63,031 bases of DNA from positions 1 to 63,031 of the forward strand of contig CASFDI010000032.1 in assembly GCA_949293405.1 (NCBI GenBank), read 5' to 3'. Every line of letters starts with the position of its first letter. Position 1 is the stretch's first letter. Shown one piece after another: positions 1 to 5,978 of this stretch. The stretch is from an uncultured bacterium (lineage in GTDB: Bacteria > Bacillota > Clostridia > Oscillospirales > CAG-272). Both the position numbers and the translations under genes were made by a program. The notes under the pieces are model-generated. The model was not told where the DNA came from, searched no databases, and saw nothing but the letters and a program-made list of their open reading frames with translations.

Positions 1-278
1 AAATCGGCCTCCGCGCATTCACAGGACGGATCCGGAATATCGATTCCCAGTGTTGTACACGGAATACTGATGACAACAGTGGGTCTGTCCTGCGCCAGTT
101 TATTTGTGACCGATATTTCAAACCCAACATCCCCCATATAATAAACGGGGCTGTAATCTATATACGATTGCATCCCCGGATGTGCCGGGTCCACAATGTT
201 CATACTTCCCTCATACATCGCTTTGTATGTAGTTGTACTGTTCTCCATTGACAATAATTTTGCTTTCAGTCTTTTCAT
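1..278 (-). CDS. hypothetical protein, N-terminal 92 codons (gene continues past the window start)
   Basis: Own minus-strand translation. ATG at 276-278 is preceded by GAGAGGA, and MKRLKAKLLSMENSTTTYKAMYEGSMNIVDPAHPGMQSY... stays open to position 1 in an AT-rich stretch where stops should be frequent. No family recognised. Absent from the ORF track because there is no stop inside the window. Confidence 0.4.
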   Translation of the reverse strand, partial: MKRLKAKLLSMENSTTTYKAMYEGSMNIVDPAHPGMQSYIDYSPVYYMGDVGFEISVTNKLAQDRPTVVISIPCTTLGIDIPDPSCECAEAD

Positions 279-380
279 GAGTATCCTCTCTTTTTTCTGA
301 AGTTTTGGTTGCGGTTTTCATAAAAACCTCCTTTCTGTTCCCTGCAATTTCTGTCTGATATCTGCCGGAAGTATTGTCGG

Positions 381-405
381 AAAATAAAAAGCACCCCTCG
401 GGTGC
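381..405 (-). terminator. intrinsic terminator (second of a tandem pair)
   Basis: Minus strand reads GCACCC-GAG-GGGTGC followed by TTTTTATTTT. Confidence 0.6.
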
Positions 406-434
406 ATGATGCTATATTCGCCAAACCATCAGAC

Positions 435-465
435 AAAGAAAAAGCACACCCGCAATCGGATGTGC
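435..465 (-). terminator. intrinsic terminator directly after the 25-codon ORF
   Basis: Minus strand reads GCACATCC-GATTGC-GGGTGTGC (8 bp including one G-U) followed by TTTTTCTTT. It begins 1 nt after the ORF stop codon. Confidence 0.6.
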
Positions 466-466
466 A

Positions 467-544
467 TCAGAATCTGTACAAACCATTTGTATGGGATTGC
501 TCCGGCAATTCACAGGACATCCGACCAATATGAAATTTCATCAT
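467..544 (-). CDS. candidate 25-aa small protein or leader peptide (MMKFHIGRMSCELPEQSHTNGLYRF)
   Basis: Below the ORF-track size cutoff; found by hand. AGGAGG (553-558) lies 8 nt upstream of the ATG at 542-544. A promoter-like element lies upstream and a terminator immediately downstream. No homology recognised. Confidence 0.3.
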   Translation of the reverse strand: MMKFHIGRMSCELPEQSHTNGLYRF

Positions 545-587
545 GATCATCGCCTCCTCTTGCTGAATTTGAAATCTGCTTGGCATT

Positions 588-616
588 ACAATATCATATT
601 TCCGAGCAAATGTCAA
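588..616 (-). promoter_or_regulatory. sigma-A-type promoter of the mini-gene
   Basis: Minus strand has TTGACA (611-616), a 17-nt spacer and TATTGT (588-593). Confidence 0.45.
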
Positions 617-734
617 GCGGAACGGAAGAAGTTACTATCAACCATTGGTTTCATATTCGGCTTCAGAACACAGACAGATATGCAGGAGAAAAAATCCTGT
701 GCAGGAAAACTGATAAAATAATACGCCCGTACTG

Positions 735-769
735 AAAAGGCCGGACAAATCCATGGATTTGTCCGGCCT
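735..769 (-). terminator. intrinsic terminator after the small zinc-ribbon gene
   Basis: Perfect palindrome AGGCCGGACAAATCC/GGATTTGTCCGGCCT at 738-769. On the minus strand it is followed by a short TTT(C)AG tract and lies 11 nt after the stop at 780-782. Confidence 0.55.
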
Positions 770-779
770 GGCAACAAAA

Positions 780-1035
780 TTACTTTTTTAGATTCCTGCC
801 GCAGTGAGGACAGTAACTGCCGTATGAAGGAATTGTCTTGCCGCAGTAGGGGCACCTGGTGCCAAATGCTTTATGCAAAGCACACAGCAAAATGACGGCA
901 AGGCAGCCAATTCCGATATATGCCTCCCGTCCGAATTTCGTAATTGCCGTTCAGCAGCAGGATTCCGACATAGCCCCAGTCCACAATAAAGACGGAAATC
1001 GCAAAAATATATGCGGCAGAAAAGAATTTCTTCAT
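780..1035 (-). pseudogene. small two-TM membrane protein with C-terminal zinc ribbon, reading frame broken (+1) near an ATATAT run
   Basis: ATG at 1033-1035 (GGGGAG 8 nt upstream) gives MKKFFSAAYIFAISVFIVDWGYVGILLLNGNYEIRTGGIY..., which stops at 871-873 after 54 codons. The +1 frame is open over 780-950 and reads ...IGIGCLAVILLCALHKAFGTRCPYCGKTIPSYGSYCPHCGRNLKK, stop at 780-782. Together the two parts form a coherent ~84-aa protein. Confidence 0.45.
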
Positions 1036-1273
1036 GTCATGTTCTCCCCGGATTTCTTCAAAAACACCTTGTCTTCAGGAACGCTAACAGTATGAAAAAC
1101 GATTTACACGCATACAGAATTGCTGCTCTTTACAGGGAGTAATGCGAGCGACCCGTTAATAAAAGACCGGCAGCAAGAACGCTCTCCCGAAAATACCAAA
1201 GCCGGATGACTGCTGCCTTAAGCGGCCGTGTCATCGCACCTCATGCCGGCTCAGGCCGGGCAGAATCGGGTAA

Positions 1274-1933
1274 TCAGGACTTCTGTATGCTGCTGCGCAG
1301 CGCCTCAATCGCTGCTCTCCGGTCATCTGCCTTGAAGACCGCTGAACCTGCAACCAGTACATCTGCCCCGGCACTGATCAGTTCTGCTGCGTTGCCGGCA
1401 TAAACACCGCCGTCAACTTCTACCAGTGTTTTGCACTTCTGCCTTTTTATTTCTTGAGAAATTATACGAACTTTATCGATTGTATGCGGGATCAGCGCCT
1501 GACCGCCGAATCCTGGTTCCACCGTCATGATCAGCACCATATCGCACAGCGGCAACAGCGGAAAAAGCGTCTCCACCGGCGTATCGGGCTTTATGGAGAC
1601 TGAGGCATATTTCCCCAACGCACGGATATGGGAAAGCAAACCTGCAGGATCGGATGTTGCTTCCAGATGGAAGGTGATATAGTCGGCGCCCGCCTGTGCA
1701 AACTGATCTGCATAGCGCTCCGGCTCAACAATCATCAGATGCACATCAAACGGAAGTGTTACCGCTTTCCGGATCCCCCGGATCACCGGGATCCCGAAGC
1801 TGATATTGGGAACAAATACACCGTCCATTACATCCAGATGCACAAAATCAGCGCCTGCCCGGGCAATATCCTGCAGTTCATTGCCCAGGGCGGCGAAATC
1901 AGCCGCCAGCACTGACGGTGAAACACGAATCAT
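1274..1933 (-). CDS. rpe: ribulose-phosphate 3-epimerase
   Basis: ORF track 1274..1966, trimmed to the internal ATG. The protein starts MIRVSPSVLAADFA and carries HLDVMDGVFVPN and EPGFGGQ motifs. Confidence 0.9.
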   Translation of the reverse strand: MIRVSPSVLAADFAALGNELQDIARAGADFVHLDVMDGVFVPNISFGIPVIRGIRKAVTLPFDVHLMIVEPERYADQFAQAGADYITFHLEATSDPAGLLSHIRALGKYASVSIKPDTPVETLFPLLPLCDMVLIMTVEPGFGGQALIPHTIDKVRIISQEIKRQKCKTLVEVDGGVYAGNAAELISAGADVLVAGSAVFKADDRRAAIEALRSSIQKS

Positions 1934-2103
1934 AAATCTTCCTTTCCCTTTTCCGGGACCTGTCATCCCGCGAACCGTTTGCTTTTTCCGACATAAAATA
2001 ATGGATGGGGGCTATCGCCCCCCTGAAATTCCGTGCTGTGCAGCGTGCGCCGAAGTATCACACAGAGGCCGTATAGAGACAGACGCACGCCTGTCGGCAC
2101 AGG

Positions 2104-2138
2104 ACGCTGTCTGCGGGAATCCGCAGACAGCGTTTTTT
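2104..2138 (+). terminator. GC-rich hairpin abutting the ispF stop, with its U-tract on the plus-strand side
   Basis: ACGCTGTCTGCGG-GAAT-CCGCAGACAGCGT at 2104-2133 followed by TTTTTT. On the minus strand (the ispF sense) the hairpin is followed by TCCTGTG, with no U-tract. Confidence 0.35.
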
Positions 2139-2139
2139 A

Positions 2140-2628
2140 TCAGACGGAACTGTCGGCTACCAGGACCACGCAGTGCGCCGCGATGCCTTCCCCTCGTCCG
2201 GTGAATCCCAGGCCTTCTTCGGTCGTCGCCTTGATATGCACCGCCTCGTCCGGCACCGCGCATACCTGCGCCATTTTCTGCTGCATCAGGCGAATATGGG
2301 GGGCGAGCTTCGGTTGTTGTGCAATTACCGTTATATCCATATTCCCAATTTCAAATTGTTTCTGCCTGATCATATCACATGTTTTTTTCAGCAAAATGCA
2401 ACTGTCAATATTGAGGTATGCATCATCGGAATCCGGAAAGCAGGTACCGATATCCGGCAGTCCGCATGCACCGAGCAGGGCGTCAATGACCGCATGAATC
2501 AGCACATCCGCGTCTGAATGGCCGGCAAGTCCCCGGTCGTACGGAATGGTGATTCCCCCGAGAACAAGCGGCCGTCCTTCTGTCAGCCGGTGCACATCGT
2601 ATCCGTGACCAACTCTGAACGGGATCAT
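2140..2628 (-). CDS. ispF: 2-C-methyl-D-erythritol 2,4-cyclodiphosphate synthase
   Basis: ORF track 2140..2664, trimmed to MIPFRVGHGYDVHRL. GHSDADVLIHA motif present. ATGA overlap with the ispD stop. Confidence 0.92.
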   Translation of the reverse strand: MIPFRVGHGYDVHRLTEGRPLVLGGITIPYDRGLAGHSDADVLIHAVIDALLGACGLPDIGTCFPDSDDAYLNIDSCILLKKTCDMIRQKQFEIGNMDITVIAQQPKLAPHIRLMQQKMAQVCAVPDEAVHIKATTEEGLGFTGRGEGIAAHCVVLVADSSV

Positions 2629-3389
2629 ATTTTTTCTTTCCTCTTTCTTTTTGTCAGAATCCATTCTGCATACTGCAGATCATCCGGTTCGGTTACTTTT
2701 CGGTTTTCCTGTTCAGAAACAACCACCCGCACACACTGACCGATCCGTTCCATCAGTGCATTGTCATCTGTGGGAGAAAAACCTTCTTCCACCGCGTGAT
2801 AAGCAGCCGCACGGTACAGCGGTGCATAAAATGCCTGCGGCGTCTCTGCGCAAACCAGATGGTCCCGGTCAAGTGTCTGTTTAATATATCCGTTGCTGTC
2901 AACCTCCTTGACCGTGTCAACCACACGCGCCGCCGCAGTTGCCGCCTTGCAGGAGAACGCACTCATCACGACCCGGTCAATCAACTCCGGAGTTACAAGG
3001 CACCGGGCGCCGTCGTGTATCGCCACAAATTTTGCATGTTTGGCAGCCTCAAATCCGAGCCGTGCCGACTCTGCACGCGTTTTTCCGCCCCGGACAACTG
3101 TTACGCTTTTTCCGAATCCTGCACGGGATGTCAGAGCGCGCATATACGGCACCTCGCCCTCTTTTGCAACCAGAATGATCTCCCGTATTGTATGTGCCTG
3201 ATCAAAAGCGCGCAAAGTGTGAAGAATCATGGGCTCACCGCACACCAACATGCGCTGCTTGGTGGTACCGTCCTTCGATCTCATGCGCGAGCCACTGCCC
3301 CCCGCCAGTACAATACCGACCGCATACGGAGCGGGCTGCAGAGTCACAGCGCGCAGGAATTTTGTAATCTGATATAAAATACGCTTCAT
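2625..3389 (-). CDS. ispD: 2-C-methyl-D-erythritol 4-phosphate cytidylyltransferase
   Basis: GIVLAGGSGSRM loop and a length typical of IspD. 4-nt overlaps with both neighbours. Confidence 0.88.
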   Translation of the reverse strand: MKRILYQITKFLRAVTLQPAPYAVGIVLAGGSGSRMRSKDGTTKQRMLVCGEPMILHTLRAFDQAHTIREIILVAKEGEVPYMRALTSRAGFGKSVTVVRGGKTRAESARLGFEAAKHAKFVAIHDGARCLVTPELIDRVVMSAFSCKAATAAARVVDTVKEVDSNGYIKQTLDRDHLVCAETPQAFYAPLYRAAAYHAVEEGFSPTDDNALMERIGQCVRVVVSEQENRKVTEPDDLQYAEWILTKRKRKEKI

Positions 3390-3724
3390 TTTCTGTGATA
3401 AACGAAATGGGCTGTCAAGGTCCTCATCTTTCCTCCATCCTCTTCATTGGGCGCAGTCAGGATTACCCCGTCTCCGGACATCAGAAAACTGCTCTGTAAA
3501 TTCGCAATATCTGTGCGAAGCAACACCTCTCCGGAGGAAAAAAGTATAAATTCCCTTCCACGCACGCTCATTGCACCGCCGCGGCCCACAACATCATCGT
3601 TGTCCAGCCTGCGCTCTGTCACATAGCGGATCACCAGTCCGTCAAGTTGTCTGGCTTTTGCGATCCGGTCGGCACGGCTTCCTGCTCTGCAACCGATACC
3701 GAACCGCCTGAGGAAATTTCCCAT
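3386..3724 (-). CDS. hypothetical 112-aa protein, first gene of the ispD-ispF unit
   Basis: ORF track 3386..3850. I prefer the start at MGNFLRRF (ATG 3722-3724) because GGAGG lies 8 nt upstream. A TGtTATACT extended -10-like element sits at 3760-3768. No family recognised. Confidence 0.5.
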   Translation of the reverse strand: MGNFLRRFGIGCRAGSRADRIAKARQLDGLVIRYVTERRLDNDDVVGRGGAMSVRGREFILFSSGEVLLRTDIANLQSSFLMSGDGVILTAPNEEDGGKMRTLTAHFVYHRK

Positions 3725-3974
3725 CAGCATTACCTCCATGGCACTCTGACTGCATATACAGTATAACACAAAAGCGGCAGAAATGGAAGAACTTTTTCCA
3801 TATCCCGGATCGGATCGTACACGGCGATTCCCACGACTGCTCCTTTTCAATTTGTTTGAAATTGCTTTTTTCCAATCACCTTATTGTACTGACACTCCTC
3901 TGTCTGTATACAAAATGCACAATTAGATTTTAAAAATTTTATGAATTTTTTTGTTCGCAAATAAATTAAATTAC

Positions 3975-4003
3975 TTGAAATCCCACGCGGATTCATGTAT
4001 AAT
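3975..4003 (+). promoter_or_regulatory. dcw cluster promoter (P-mraZ)
   Basis: TTGAAA (3975-3980), 17-nt spacer, TATAAT (3998-4003), set in a very AT-rich upstream region. Confidence 0.6.
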
Positions 4004-4009
4004 ATAGTC

Positions 4010-4025
4010 AAGTGGGGCGAAGTGG
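4010..4025 (+). promoter_or_regulatory. candidate MraZ operator (two AAGTGG boxes 10 nt apart)
   Basis: AAGTGG at 4010-4015 and 4020-4025, starting about at the predicted transcription start. MraZ operators are short direct repeats with 10-nt phasing near the mraZ promoter. Confidence 0.3.
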
Positions 4026-4090
4026 AGCAAAATTACACAACTTTTTACCCACAGACCACTACAGAACACGGAAAAGGAGGGACAAGCAAA

Positions 4091-4516
4091 ATGGCTTTCG
4101 TAGGCGAATACACCCATTCCATCGATGCGAAAAACCGTTTGTTTATTCCTGCAAAATTCCGTGAACAGCTCGGAGAGAACTTTTACATCACGCGAAAGAT
4201 GAACAAGACCTGCCTTGCTCTTTATTCGGAAGAGAAAATGCAGCAGATCACTGACAACATCAACGCTTTCCCGGATTCGGAAGTTTCCGAGATCAAAGAG
4301 TTCCTGTATTCCAAAACGGTCTACGCTACTCCTGACTCCAACGGCCGCGTTTGTCTGTCCTCCTCCGTCATCGCTTATGCAGGTATCACACGCAATGCGG
4401 TGATCATCGGTGCCGGTGACCATGTGCAGATCTGGTCCGAAGAACAGTGGGCCGAGCAGGAGAGCAAGAGAGACCTCGAGAAAATGCGCCAGCGTCTGGC
4501 TGCTCTCGGTCTGTGA
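4091..4516 (+). CDS. mraZ: transcriptional regulator MraZ
   Basis: ORF track 3995..4516, trimmed to MAFVGEYTHSIDAKNRLFIPAKFR (GGAGGG upstream). Two DxxxR-type SpoVT/AbrB-like repeats. Confidence 0.92.
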   Translation: MAFVGEYTHSIDAKNRLFIPAKFREQLGENFYITRKMNKTCLALYSEEKMQQITDNINAFPDSEVSEIKEFLYSKTVYATPDSNGRVCLSSSVIAYAGITRNAVIIGAGDHVQIWSEEQWAEQESKRDLEKMRQRLAALGL

Positions 4517-4523
4517 GGCGACT

Positions 4524-5480
4524 ATGGAACCGGAACATTTTTCCCACACCTCGGTTCTGCTGTTTGAATGCATTGACAATCTGAATATCCGCGACGGGTA
4601 TACATATGTAGATTGCACAACCGGAGGCGGAGGTCACTCGCTCGAAATTGCGAAGCGGCTCGGACAGCATTCCCGATTGATCTGCCTTGATCAGGATCGC
4701 CAGGCTCTGCAGGCAGCACAGGCGCGTTTGAGCGGATATGCGGACCGTATCACCTTTGTTCACACGAATTTTTCCCAACTGGAAACGGTTCTGGAAGAAT
4801 ATCGGATCGAAAATCTCGGCGGTGTTCTGATGGACCTTGGATGCTCCTCCTACCAGTTTGATACACCGGAGCGCGGCTTCTCTTACATGCACGATGCGCC
4901 GCTGGATATGCGTATGAATCAGGACCTTGCGGACAAGCATGCACTGACCGCATATCAGGTGGTCAATACTTACAGTGAGAATGATCTCAAACGGATCATC
5001 TCGGATTACGGCGAAGAACGATTCGCGGGCAGAATCGCACATATGATCTGCAACGCGCGCGTAAAAGCCCCTATTGAAACCACATCTGCCCTGTCGGATA
5101 TCATCCGATCCGCCATTCCGAAAGCGGCGCGCTCAGACGGTCCTCATCCGGCGAAGCGCACCTTTCAGGCGATCCGCATCGAAGTCAATCATGAGTTGGA
5201 TGTAATCGGACAAGCCATTGAATCCGCGGTCAGAAAAATGGTCCGCAGCGGCCGGATTGCCATTATTTCGTTTCATTCACTGGAAGACCGCATTGTAAAA
5301 AACACCTTTGCAACTCTTTCTGCAGGCTGTGAATGTCCGCCCGACTTCCCCGTCTGTATATGCGGTAAAAAACCTCAGATCCGCATCATTACCAAAAAGC
5401 CGATTTTACCGTCAGCTTCCGAACTCGAACAGAACCCGCGCGCCAGAAGCGCAAAACTGCGGGTCGCCGAAAAACAGTGA
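4524..5480 (+). CDS. rsmH: 16S rRNA (cytosine1402-N4)-methyltransferase
   Basis: ORF track 4410..5480, trimmed to MEPEHFSHTSVLL. DCTTGGGGHS and FHSLEDRIVK motifs. Confidence 0.92.
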   Translation: MEPEHFSHTSVLLFECIDNLNIRDGYTYVDCTTGGGGHSLEIAKRLGQHSRLICLDQDRQALQAAQARLSGYADRITFVHTNFSQLETVLEEYRIENLGGVLMDLGCSSYQFDTPERGFSYMHDAPLDMRMNQDLADKHALTAYQVVNTYSENDLKRIISDYGEERFAGRIAHMICNARVKAPIETTSALSDIIRSAIPKAARSDGPHPAKRTFQAIRIEVNHELDVIGQAIESAVRKMVRSGRIAIISFHSLEDRIVKNTFATLSAGCECPPDFPVCICGKKPQIRIITKKPILPSASELEQNPRARSAKLRVAEKQ

Positions 5481-5501
5481 CTTCTAAGGAGGAGTTTGAT
5501 C

Positions 5502-5897
5502 ATGCAAAACCAGAACATGGATTCCAATCGTGCCAACAACACATTGTATACAGAAATGAAGACCCGCTTCGGCTTTTCGGGAGACCGCACGGTTGCCGAG
5601 TTCATGATGAGCAAAGCGGAGCGTGAGGGTTACCTGTCGAAAGAAAAGCGCGCACAGAAGCGCCGTGCCTTCCTGAAGAAAACAGCAAACAAAGTACAGC
5701 GCAGAATTCCGGTTGCGGGCGCACTGGCCATTCTGCTCTGCACAGTCGGTGTCGTTATCGGAACGGTATCCCTGGTCCGCTCCAACGCCGCAGACGACAC
5801 CCCGCAGATCGAAACGCCCACATCCGAAACCGAGATTGTCATCACTCCCGGCACCATTGACGGAGAGGTTCTTTACCGTCTGCTGCAACAGGGCTGA
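5502..5897 (+). CDS. single-pass membrane protein at the ftsL position
   Basis: AAGGAGG lies 9 nt before the ATG at 5502. One TM (GALAILLCTVGVVIGTVSLV) follows a basic region. The call is positional only, because the extracytoplasmic tail is short for FtsL. Confidence 0.5.
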   Translation: MQNQNMDSNRANNTLYTEMKTRFGFSGDRTVAEFMMSKAEREGYLSKEKRAQKRRAFLKKTANKVQRRIPVAGALAILLCTVGVVIGTVSLVRSNAADDTPQIETPTSETEIVITPGTIDGEVLYRLLQQG

Positions 5898-5925
5898 TCG
5901 GTTATAACCTGCATATCAGGCGCAT

Positions 5926-5970
5926 AAGATATAGCGATAGCAGAAGTCTTGCTATCGCTATATCTTTTTT
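5926..5970 (+). terminator. strong intrinsic terminator inside the dcw cluster
   Basis: Perfect 16-bp stem AGATATAGCGATAGCA / TGCTATCGCTATATCT (5926-5941 and 5949-5964), 7-nt loop, then TTTTTT (5965-5970). Confidence 0.75.
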
Positions 5971-5978
5971 TATGAGGC

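Noticed and set aside
491-1095. Plus-strand track ORFs 491-721 and 859-1095, and minus-strand ORF 613-855.
   Set aside because: They have no RBS and low-complexity or odd composition, and they run antisense to or across the promoter, terminator and small-gene signals that read coherently on the minus strand.
1159-1225. GGCAGCA ... TGCTGCC pairing followed by CTTTTATT on the minus strand, considered as a possible rpe terminator.
   Set aside because: The stem is only 7 bp and encloses a ~33-nt loop with no convincing inner helix. This is too weak to call.
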